DNA of 64,000 bases from an uncultured Chloroflexia bacterium. GTDB taxonomy: Bacteria > Chloroflexota > Limnocylindria > Limnocylindrales > CSP1-4. The stretch lies in NCBI GenBank assembly GCA_963816135.1, contig CAWFJD010000017.1:1128128-1192127 (forward strand). Direction: 5' to 3'. The notes under the pieces were generated by a model that was not told the DNA's origin, did not search any database, and saw only the letters and a program-made list of their open reading frames with translations. Numbering within the stretch: position 1 is the first letter of the stretch; each line of letters starts with the position of its first letter. The translations under genes and the position numbers were made by a program. This document shows positions 27,643-36,839 of the stretch, one piece after another.

Positions 27643-28001
27643 CCGCTTCGCGGAAACCGATCGCGAGGTCGCGGTGTCGACGCATACGATCGGATTTCGG
27701 TTTCGTCGCGAAGGAGTCGCACCAGCGGCGTCTCACCACCCGCGACCCCAGGTCAATGGCTCCAGGCTAAGGGCGCAATTCAGATTGGCCGTGTTTGGGT
27801 CGAGGCGCGGCTGCACGGCCGAGTGTCCCAGGAGGGAGGTCGCCCCGTTGCGTCGGTCCGCGGGCCGGTTCCACTGCCAGACTAAGCCGAGGCTGTCGGC
27901 TCCGAGCGTGCAGCGGCGACGCCGCGGCTCGTGTACCGTCCGAATCGCACGAGGCCGGCGCACGAAGCGCCAGCCACGAGCCACGACGAACGAGGGATCG
28001 G

Positions 28002-28574
28002 ATGGCGGCGGACGTCGTCGAGCTTGCGGATCCGGGCTGGTCGCGCCACGACTTCTACATGCGCCTCGCCATCGTGGTCGAGTCCGGAGCCAAGTGCCTG
28101 GGATCGCGCGTGGGGGCGGTGATCGTCCGCGACAACCGAGTCCTCGGCAGCGGTTACAACGGCACTCCGGCCGGCTATCCGAACTGCACTGAGACGGAAC
28201 GCGGCTGCCGCCGCTGCGCCCTGCGCCTTGAATCGCCCGACACACAGATCGCCGGCAAGCTCTACGACATCTGCCTGTGCGTCCACGCGGAGCAGAACGC
28301 GATGCTCACGGCCGCCCGCTTCGGCACCGCAATCGATGGCGCCGTGCTCTACACGACGGTCCAGCCGTGTTTCAACTGCCTCAAGGAGATCATGCAGACG
28401 CGCATCCGAGGCGTGGTCTTCCGCCGCGAATGGGAAGCGCGCCACCCGGACTACGCCTGGGTAGCCTCCGAATACGACCGCCTGGTCGAGCACTATCGCG
28501 CCGCCGGCAACCTCTTCGCCCGACTCGCCCAGGCCGAAACTCTGACCGCGGTGCAGCTCGAAATCGGCCGTTAG
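28002..28574 (+). CDS. dCMP / cytidine deaminase-family zinc enzyme (ComEB-like)
   Basis: The zinc-binding motifs HAEQNAM and PCFNCLKEIMQ are present. The start was assigned at ATG 28002 (MAADVVEL...); the upstream part of the listed ORF is not protein-like. Confidence 0.8.
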   Translation: MAADVVELADPGWSRHDFYMRLAIVVESGAKCLGSRVGAVIVRDNRVLGSGYNGTPAGYPNCTETERGCRRCALRLESPDTQIAGKLYDICLCVHAEQNAMLTAARFGTAIDGAVLYTTVQPCFNCLKEIMQTRIRGVVFRREWEARHPDYAWVASEYDRLVEHYRAAGNLFARLAQAETLTAVQLEIGR

Positions 28575-28614
28575 GCACGGGAGACGGCGGCGCGCTGACA
28601 CGCCCGGCCCGAGC

Positions 28615-29673
28615 CTACGAGATGGCGATCATCCGCTCCAGGGCCTGTCGGGCGCGGCCGGCGACATCTTCCGGCACGGAGATCTCGAACTGGTCCAGCG
28701 CCAGCGAGTCGCGCAGCTTCTCGAGCGTGGTCAGCTTCATGTACTGGCAGATCGCCTCGCGGTTCACCGGCACGAAACGCTTGCCCGGTGCCTTGAGCGC
28801 GAGCCGGTGGAGGATGCCGATTTCGGTCGCGATGAGGAATGCCGGCGCGGCCGAACGCTCCGCGTAGGTGACCATGCCCTCGGTCGAGAGGACGTGGACG
28901 TCTTCACCCGCGGCGGCAGCGGCATCGATGACCTGGCTCGTGCAGCCGCACTCCGGGTGGATCAGAAGCTCGGCGCCGGGCTCCGCGCGATGCCACTCCT
29001 CCACGTCCGCCGGCCGGATGCCCGCGTGGACGTGGCACTCGCCAAGCCAGAGGATCAGCTTGCGGCCGGTTACTCGCCGGAGCCACATTCCCAGGAACAG
29101 GTCCGGCAGGAAGAGGATTTCGCGGTCGGCGGGAATGGCCTCGATGACGCCGCGGGCGTTGCCGGAAGTGCAGCAGTAGTCGCTCTCGGCCTTGACGGCG
29201 GCGCTCGTGTTCACGTACGAAACCACGACCGCGCCCGGATGCTCGGCCTTCCAGGCCCGGAGCTGATCCACGCTGATCGAGTCGGCGAGCGAGCAGCCGG
29301 CGGCCAGGTCCGGGAGGAGAACGCGCTTCGAGGGCGAGAGGATCTTGGCGGTTTCGGCCATGAACGCGACGCCGCAGAACACGATCGTGGACTGGCGGGC
29401 GGACGCGGCGACGCGGGAGAGCATCAGGGAGTCGCCCACGTGATCCGCCACGTCCTGGATTTCCGGCCGCTCGTAGGAATGGGCCAGGATGACGGCGTCG
29501 CGCTCGGCCGCAAGGCGGCGAATCTCGGCCTGGAGCTCGGGGAAGGTCGCGGGATCTCCCGCGGGCGGGATGGCCGTCGAGCGGGCGGCCTCCAGGCGCG
29601 CGAGCTGGCCGGCCGAGACGTCGACGGAGGACGAAGCGGTCGATGACGCCGAGGCCGAATGTTGGTCGGTCAC
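28615..29673 (-). CDS. nadA: Quinolinate synthase NadA
   Basis: Full-length match to NadA (AVILAHSYERPEIQDVADHVGDSLMLSR...FMAETAKILSP...SYVNTSAAVKA...CTSGNA...GECHVHAG...HPECGC...). The GTG start at 29673, preceded by GAGGT, overlaps the nadC stop (GTGA). Confidence 0.85.
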   Translation of the reverse strand: MTDQHSASASSTASSSVDVSAGQLARLEAARSTAIPPAGDPATFPELQAEIRRLAAERDAVILAHSYERPEIQDVADHVGDSLMLSRVAASARQSTIVFCGVAFMAETAKILSPSKRVLLPDLAAGCSLADSISVDQLRAWKAEHPGAVVVSYVNTSAAVKAESDYCCTSGNARGVIEAIPADREILFLPDLFLGMWLRRVTGRKLILWLGECHVHAGIRPADVEEWHRAEPGAELLIHPECGCTSQVIDAAAAAGEDVHVLSTEGMVTYAERSAAPAFLIATEIGILHRLALKAPGKRFVPVNREAICQYMKLTTLEKLRDSLALDQFEISVPEDVAGRARQALERMIAIS

Positions 29674-30603
29674 CCGATTACCTCGAGCGAGACGTCGAGC
29701 GCCTTGACCGAATGCGTGAGCGCCCCGAGCGAGACGAAGTCGACGCCGGTCTGGCCGACCGCGCGAAGGTTGTCGAGCGTGATGCCGCCGGAGGCTTCGG
29801 TTTCGACCCGGCCGCCGACGATCTCGACCGCGGCGCGCAGCATCTCGACGCTCATGTTGTCGAGCAGTATCCGGTCGACCCCGGCTTCGAGCGCTTCGCG
29901 GACCTCGTCGAGCGTTTCGGCCTCGACTTCGAGACGCAGCTGTGGCGCGATGTGCGCGAAGGCGGGCGACCGCCGGAGCGATGCCGCCGGCGAGGCGAAG
30001 GTGGTTGTCCTTGACGAGGAGCGCCTCGCCGAGGCTCATCCGGTGGTTCGTGCCGCCGCCGCACCGGACCGCGTACTTCTCGAGCTCGCGCAGACCGGGA
30101 GTGGTCTTGCGAGTGTCGAGCAGCGTGGCGCCCGTCCCTTCGAGTTCGGCGACGCATCGGGCGGTCAGCGTTGCGATGCCGCAGAGGCGGCCGAGGATGT
30201 TCAACGCCGTCCGCTCGCCCGCGAGAACGGCTCGGGCGGGACCTGTGATGCGGGCAATCTCGGCGGGAACATGGTCCACTCGCTCGCCGTCCTGGACCTC
30301 GGCCGTGATCGTGACCGCGGGATCGAGCGCGGCGAACACGGCCCGGACGACCGGCAGGCCGCAGATCACTCCGGGTTCCTTGACCAGAAGAGAGGTGCGG
30401 GCGATGGCCTGGGCCTCGAACAGGCCTTCTGAAGTGGGGTCGCCCGCCGCCAGGTCCTCGGCGAGGGCCAGGGCCACGACCCGCTCCACGGCCTGCGGGT
30501 CGGGCGGGCGGACGAGGCCGGGAGTGACGGCGGCTGCGGCGTCTGCTGCGGCTGCGGCGGCCGCCGCGGCGGCGTTGAAGGAGTCCACGAGTTCGCCAGA
30601 CAT
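29670..30603 (-). CDS. nadC: Nicotinate-nucleotide pyrophosphorylase (quinolinate phosphoribosyltransferase) NadC, with one apparent 1-nt frameshift near 29950-29990
   Basis: The N-terminus (DPTSEGLF...LLVKEPGVICGL...LAGERTALNILGRLCGIATLT...TRKTTPGLRELEKYAVRCGGGTNHRMSLGEALLVKDNHLRLAGGIAPAVARLRAH) is in the frame starting at 30603. The rest (IAPQLRLEVEAETLDEVREALEAGVDRILLDNMSVEMLRAAVEIVGGRVETEASGGITLDNLRAVGQTGVDFVSLGALTHSVKALDVSLEV) is in the frame ending at stop 29670. Confidence 0.8.
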
Positions 30604-32077
30604 CAGGACCAGTGCTCCAGGGAGAGTTGCTTACCCGGCCGGAGGACGAAATGGCCCTCGAAGGCCGGATCGGGGGCGGGGGCGTCGATACGGTAATGGA
30701 CGCCGCGACTCTCGCGTCGGGCCAGGGCGAACGTGGCTACGAGCGCGGCAACGGGGTCCGCGACGCAGGCGAGATCCGCGAGAGCCAGAGGGTCGCGCAT
30801 GACGCCGGCCTCACGCCAAACCTGGTCGCGGAGCTCGTTCGAGACGACGCGCTCGTGGGCGCGGGTGTGGCCGGGGCCGGTGCCGTGGCCGTGGCCGGCC
30901 GTGGCCGTGGCCGGGGCCGCAGACTTCGCCGCCTGGCCCAGCGCCGCCAGGTCGTTCGCCTGCGCGAACCGGGGCCGACTCGTCGAGCGCCGCCAGGGCC
31001 GCGCGCCTGCCGAAGACCAGGCATTCGAGGAGCGAGTTGGAAGCGAGCCGGTTGGCTCCGTGGACGCCGGTCGCGGCGCATTCGCCCGGCGGCGTACAAA
31101 CGCGGAATGTCCGTCCGGCCGTCGAGGTCCGTGACGATGCCGCCGATCGTGTAGTGGGCCGCCGGCGAAACGGGCACCGGAGCGCGGGCGGGGTCGTAGC
31201 CGGAGCGTTCGATCTCCGCCATCAGGCCCGGGAAACGGCCTCGGTCGATTGCCCGCAGATCCAGGAACACCCGGCCCTGGCGAACCATCGCCCGGGCAAC
31301 CTCGTCGCGGGGCGCCAGCTCGTCCACGAAACGCTCGCCCGCCGCGTCGAGGAGCGTGGCGCCCTCGCCTCGGAGGGCCTCGGTCAGGAGCAGCCGCGAG
31401 CCTTCCAGCACCGTCGGATGGAATTGCATGAACTCCATGTCCGCGACGGCCGCGCCGGCACGGACCGCCAGCGCGATCGCGTCCCCGATCTGGCCCATCG
31501 GGTTGGTGGATCGAGCCCAGAGCGCGGCGGCTCCGCCCATCGCGAGGACGGTGGCGCGGGACCGGATCGTTCCGGTGGCGGTCACGACGCCGAGACACTG
31601 CCCGCCTTCCACCCACAGGCCTCGGACGTCGGTCTCCTGCGTGATCGCGATCCGCTCGTCGCGAACCGCCCGTCGCTCGAGCAGGCTCGTGACCGCCCAG
31701 CCCGTGACGGCCCCCTCCACGCTCGAGACGCGCCGGCGCGAGTGGCCGCCTTCGAGGCTGAGCTCGGGATCGAACGGCACGCCGAACGCGATGAGCTCGC
31801 GAACCCGCTCCGGCCCTTCTTCGACGAGGACGTGGACGGCGCTCGGCCGGCACAGGTCCCGCCCCGCCCGCTCCGTGTCGATCTGGTGGAGCGCCGTGGT
31901 GTCGTCGTCGCCCATCGTGGCCGCGATCCCGCCCTGGGCATGCCAGCTCGAGGAGTCGGGGGCGTGGCCCTTGGTCACCATCAGAACGGACGCGCCCTGG
32001 TCCGCGGCGGTCAGCGCGGCGGTGAGTCCGGCCGCGCCGGAACCGACGACGAGGACGTCGGGAATGTTGGAGGTCAC
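30603..32077 (-). CDS. nadB: L-aspartate oxidase NadB, with two apparent 1-nt frameshifts (about 31085 and about 30990)
   Basis: The FAD-binding N-terminus ([22 protein letters not shown]...) is in frame 1 up to ...RLYAAG. The next segment [38 protein letters not shown] is in a second frame. The C-terminus (...[12 protein letters not shown]...[15 protein letters not shown]...[14 protein letters not shown]...) is in a third frame. Both shifts fall in homopolymer runs (ccGGGcg and gCCCCg). The nadB stop overlaps the nadC start (ATGA). Confidence 0.8.
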
Positions 32078-32078
32078 C

Positions 32079-33804
32079 TCAGCGCTCCCGGCGCAGCGAC
32101 ACGGCTCGCCGGTAGCTCGCGATGTACTGCTCGGCCGGGCCCGCTTCCCACGACCAATCGATCGACATTCCGCGATCGAGGAGCGCGGCCCACTCGGGGC
32201 CTCCGGCGCGGTAGCGGCGAATCGCCCGCCGGCACGCTTCGACGAGGGCTGCCGGCGTGTCGGCGGAGTGGACGAAGCCCGTCCCGTCCTCGGGCCGATC
32301 GTCGACGTCGACGACCGTGTCGGCGAGACCGCCGGTCCGGTGGACGATCGGCGGCGTCCCGTAGCGCATGGCGATCATCTGGCCCTGGCCGCACGGCTCG
32401 AATCGCGACGGCATGACGAAGAAGTCCGAGCCCGCGTAGATGCGCCGTGCCAGTGCCCGGTCGAACTTCTCGATGACGGCGACGGACGGTCGGATGGGCG
32501 GCGGCGACTTCGCGAAGGCTCGCCACGAGCTTGCGATCGCCGGTCCCGAGAGCGACGACCCGGGCGCCCATGGCCACGAGCTCCGGGGCCGCGCTGGCCA
32601 GGAGATCGAAGCCCTTCTGCGGATCGAGCCGGCCGACCATGCCCAGCAGCGGACCGTCCGAGTCGAGGTCGAAGCCGAGCTCGGAGAGCAGCGCCCGACG
32701 GCACTCGGCCTTGCCTGCCGGCTCCGTCCGGGAATAGCGGGCCGGCAGCGCGTCGTCCGTCTCGGGATCCCAGATGGCCATGTCCAGGCCGTTGAGTATC
32801 CCGCCGAAACGGTGGCCAAGGCCGCGAAGGACGCCATCCATGCCCATGCCGTTCGCGGGCTCGAGGATCTCGGCGGCATATCCGGGGCTGACCGTGTTGG
32901 AAAGCTCGGCTCGAGTCACGCCTTCGCGAAGGAGCAGGAGTGCCGTCGGCTCCGGGCTTCATCGCCTGCGCGAGCTCGTCCGGGAACGCCATGCCGGCGG
33001 CCTGGTCCCGACTCAGCCAGCCCTGATACGCGAGGTTGTGGACCGTGGCCATGATCGCGGCCCGCGAAATCAGCGGATAGGCCTCGTAGGCGACGTCGCG
33101 AAGGACCACGGTTGGCATGGCCTGCCAGTCGTGAAGGTGGATCACGTCGACTGGGCGTTCGTCGAGGAGCAGCGCTTCGATCGCGGCCCGGCACAGCAGC
33201 CCGAATCGCCAGCCATTGTCCGGATAGTCCCCCGCCGGCCCGCCGTAGTAGTCGTCGCGATCGAACGCGGGCGCGTGGTCGATGAGGCGGACGCGGTAGC
33301 CGCGCGCTTCGAACTCGACCAGCTTGACGTGGGTGATGCCCGAGGGCGCCAGCGGATCCGGCACCGCCAGCGGCCGGATCGTCGCGTTGCCGGGCACGAC
33401 CATGCCCCGGTACTTGGGCAGGAACACGTCCACCGGCGGCTCGATCTCGCCGAGCGTCTCTGGCCTTCGCTCCCGACGCTCACGACGGCGCCCGTTCCGA
33501 GCCAGACCTGCGACTGGGGCAGCCGGGCCACGCCCGCCGGTGGCGGCTCGAGGTTCTCTTCGTCGGAGGTGTCGACGGGCGAAATTTGCGCCGGTCTTTT
33601 TGGGGCGGCCTTGCCCTGCTTGCCGCCGCCCGGCCGGGCAGTGGACGCGGCGGCTATGGTCGTGGCCCCGGTGGCTCTACTCGTGGCTGCGGTGCCGGGT
33701 CCGGTCGCGGCGCCGACGGCTCGCGCCAGGGCGTCCACCACGTCGCCGAGGCCCCCCGTCTTTGCCCACGGCTCGCACTCGGCGCTTATGCAGACGACCC
33801 GCAT
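32079..33804 (-). CDS. glgA: Glycogen (starch) synthase GlgA (GT5), with at least three apparent frameshifts and a ~85-aa low-complexity insertion after the KTGGL motif
   Basis: ATG 33804 gives MRVVCISAECEPWAKTGGLGDVVDALARAVG (a KTGGL-type ADP-glucose glycogen synthase N-terminus). The later segments VDVFLPKYRG...HDWQ...HNLAYQG, then VSPGYAAEI...GILNGLDMAIWDPETD...GMVGRLDPQKGFDLL...LGTGD, then VAVIEKFDRALARRIYAGSDFFVMPSRFEPCGQGQMIAMRYGTPPIVHRTGGLADTV lie in different minus-strand frames. Confidence 0.7.
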
Positions 33805-34557
33805 TCTCGGCTCCCTTGACGGTCCGATCGCAGACCTCGACGCCGTATTGACTCGGCCGCCCTCCGAGCGGGCTTTTGAAGCCTCGACGTGGACACTCAT
33901 GGTAAGCGTCGGGCCGGATCGCTGGCGAATGCGGGCGACACGGGCCATCGGGCTGCGGCGCGGGGGCCGGCGATGCGGGAGCGGCCGCCGCGAGCCGAGG
34001 CCGGCTAACCTCGCCGCCTCGACGCAGCGGCCCGAGACTTGCCCTGGCCCGATGCGAGGAGACATTATCGTCAACCGATGGAAGTGGTGCTAGCGAAAAA
34101 TTGGCATCGGCCCAGGCCCGGAACCAGCCCCTGTTGGGGGTAGAAGGAACCCGCGAAGGGCCCGATTTCCGGGCTCCAGCCCGTGCACCGGAGGCACGCT
34201 GGCGGCGCGGGCGGGCTCGGAGGCACAATGGTTTCTCGGTATCACCACCTGGGTTGGTATCTCGGAGAAACGGTGGGGCGAGGCGGCGGCGCGCGATGAG
34301 CCCCCTGGCAGAGACTGGCCTTACGCGCGGCGCGCGACAGTCCCGCGCCGCTCCTGCGCCACGGCGCCGCCACGCCCCACGCCCACGCCCGCGGCCGGAG
34401 GTCATGCGCCGCGCTGCGCACGCCACCTGCGCCGCCACTACGCTCCGCCCGCGCCGCCACGACGCGGCACCGCACGCCCCGTCCGACTAAACGACGGCTA
34501 AACGGCTGGTAGACCGGTACCCAGGCTCGAACAGCCCGTCGGGTTCCGTCCGCTATC

Positions 34558-36759
34558 ATGGCGCGGAATATGGACCGAGCCGTGCAGGTTCCGACTCTCC
34601 CGGGCGCGTCTTTCCGGCTGCCCCCGCAACTCGAAGGGCTGCGCCGCCTTTCGTACAACATGTGGTGGGCCTGGAACCCGCGAGCCCGGGCGCTCTTCAG
34701 CCGTATCGATGGCCTGTCATGGTCTCGATACCGCAACCCGGTGGAGGTCCTCTCGCAGCCGATCGCCTGGTCGGAGCTGCTCGACGACCCGGCCTTCATG
34801 GCCGAGTACACCCAGATCCTCGCCGAGTTCGACCGGTACATGGCCGGCGGCCGCGAGCACTGGTTCAACCGTGAGTACGGTGGGGCGCTCTCCAAACCCA
34901 TCGCCTATTTCTGCGCCGAGTACGGCTTCCACGAATCGCTCGGCATCTATTCGGGCGGTCTCGGAGTCCTGGCAGGCGACCACATCAAGTCCGCGAGCGA
35001 CATGGCCATGCCGTTTGTCGGCGTGGGCCTGCTCTACAAGCACGGGTATTTCCGCCAGACGATCGACGCCGACGGCCACCAGGAGCACGCCTACCCGGAC
35101 TACGACCTCGCCGAGCTGCCGATCCTGCGGGTCCTTGGACCAGACGGTGAGCCGCTGACGGTCTCGGTCGAGTTGCCGGGACGAGACCTGTTCGCCGCCG
35201 TGTGGCTCGTCCAGGTTGGCCGCGTACCCGTCCTGCTGATGGATACGGACATCCCGGACAACGCGGAATCGGACCGGCCGGTCACCCAGATCCTGTACGT
35301 CCGCGGCCGCGAGATGCGCCTCCACCAGGAGCTCGTCCTGGGCGCCGGCGGTGTCCGAGCTCTCAAGGCCCTCGGCATCGACCCCGCCGTCTGGCACCTC
35401 AACGAAGGCCACTCCGCGTTCCTCCTCGTCGAGCGAACGAGGGCGCTCGTGGCCAAGGGCGTGCCACTCGAAGAAGCCCTGGATCGGGTCCGATCCAACT
35501 CCGTCTTCACCATCCACACCCCGGTCTCAGCCGGTAACGAGCGCTTCGACGCGGACCTGGTTCGCCGGGTCGCCGGGCCTCTCTACGAGGGCGACGGCCG
35601 AAAAGGCACCGGCGGCGTGCCGATGGATCGCGTCCTGGAGCTCGCCCGCGGCGTGGACGGCGACACTCGCTCGCTCGACATGACGGCCCTCTCGCTGCGC
35701 ATGTCGATGGCGGCCAACGCCGTGAGCAAGCTGCACAGCGTCACGGCCAACAACACCTGGCAGGGTCTGGGCAACAAGCAGATCCTCGCCGTCACGAACG
35801 GCGTCCACATGCCCACCTGGGTCGGCCAGCCGATGCGCTATCTGTTCGAGCGCCATCTCGGCGCCGAGCTCGACAACGTCGACGCCCGCGACGGCGCGGG
35901 CGCCTTCTGGGAGCGGACGGACCAGATCCCGGACGTGGACCTCTGGGAAGCGCACCAGCGCCAGAAGCTCGAACTGATGATCTTCGCCCGCAACCGGCTG
36001 CGCCACCAGTTCGCCCGCCACGGCGAATCGCCGAACACGCTCGAAGAACTCGAAGACGTGCTCGACGTCGGCACGCTGACCATCGGCTTCGCCCGCCGGT
36101 TCGCGACCTACAAGCGGGCCGCGCTCATCTTCTCGGACATGGATCGCCTCGCCCGGCTGCTCTGGGACAAGGACCGGCCCGTCCAGATCATCTTCGCCGG
36201 CAAGGCCCATCCCGCCGATCGACCCGGCCAGGGCGTGATCCAGGAGATCTTCGCCCGGTCGCGTTCGCCGCAGCTGCGCGGTCGAGTCTTCATGCTCGAG
36301 GACTACGACATGCGCGTCGCCCGGTTCATGGTCCAGGGCGTGGACGTCTGGCTCAACAACCCGCGCCGCCCCCTGGAGGCGTCGGGGACCAGCGGCATGA
36401 AGGCCTCGGCCAACGGAGTCGCCAACCTGTCGGTCCTCGACGGCTGGTGGGACGAGGGCTGGGTCGGCGACAACGGCTGGGCCATCGGCGGCCGCGAGAC
36501 GAACCCCGACGAAGGCGCTCAGGACTACAACGACGCCCAGGATCTCTATCGCCTCCTCGAGCAGGAAGTCGTGCCGCTCTACTACAACCGAACCGAGGAC
36601 GACGTGCCCGAGGGCTGGACGGCAGAGATGCGCCGCTCCATCGGCAGCACGCTCTGGCGGTTCTCCACGGTTCGGATGCTCCACGAATACGTCGAGTGGA
36701 TGTACATGCCCGCCGCCGGAGTCCAGCCGAAGAAGCCTTCAGGCGTCCCCGGCCGGTAG
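34558..36759 (+). CDS. glgP: Alpha-glucan phosphorylase (GlgP, GT35, short alpha-glucan-family type)
   Basis: 733 aa, intact frame. Reads MARNMDRAVQVPTLPG...LSYNMWWAWNPRARALF...FCAEYGFHESLGIYSGGLGVLAGDHIKSASD...GTSGMKASANGVANLSVLDGWWDEGW, diagnostic for the alpha-glucan phosphorylase family. Confidence 0.85.
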   Translation: MARNMDRAVQVPTLPGASFRLPPQLEGLRRLSYNMWWAWNPRARALFSRIDGLSWSRYRNPVEVLSQPIAWSELLDDPAFMAEYTQILAEFDRYMAGGREHWFNREYGGALSKPIAYFCAEYGFHESLGIYSGGLGVLAGDHIKSASDMAMPFVGVGLLYKHGYFRQTIDADGHQEHAYPDYDLAELPILRVLGPDGEPLTVSVELPGRDLFAAVWLVQVGRVPVLLMDTDIPDNAESDRPVTQILYVRGREMRLHQELVLGAGGVRALKALGIDPAVWHLNEGHSAFLLVERTRALVAKGVPLEEALDRVRSNSVFTIHTPVSAGNERFDADLVRRVAGPLYEGDGRKGTGGVPMDRVLELARGVDGDTRSLDMTALSLRMSMAANAVSKLHSVTANNTWQGLGNKQILAVTNGVHMPTWVGQPMRYLFERHLGAELDNVDARDGAGAFWERTDQIPDVDLWEAHQRQKLELMIFARNRLRHQFARHGESPNTLEELEDVLDVGTLTIGFARRFATYKRAALIFSDMDRLARLLWDKDRPVQIIFAGKAHPADRPGQGVIQEIFARSRSPQLRGRVFMLEDYDMRVARFMVQGVDVWLNNPRRPLEASGTSGMKASANGVANLSVLDGWWDEGWVGDNGWAIGGRETNPDEGAQDYNDAQDLYRLLEQEVVPLYYNRTEDDVPEGWTAEMRRSIGSTLWRFSTVRMLHEYVEWMYMPAAGVQPKKPSGVPGR

Positions 36760-36839
36760 GTCAAGCGGGCAAGGGACCATTCGAGGTTCGTCTTGCGCGG
36801 CGCCTCGCCAGGTCGACCGGCAAGCGCGGTGGGGCTTTG

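Noticed and set aside
28615-33804. Calling nadB, nadC and glgA true pseudogenes
   Set aside because: Every conserved block is retained and the frame breaks are single-nucleotide; the two I resolved to the nucleotide (both in nadB) sit in homopolymer runs, and the nadC and glgA junctions were only localised. Sequencing or assembly indels are the more economical explanation.
34101-34490. 129-aa Arg-rich ORF in the glgA/glgP intergenic region
   Set aside because: The composition is implausible (about 25% Arg) with no start context. The region is treated as non-coding.
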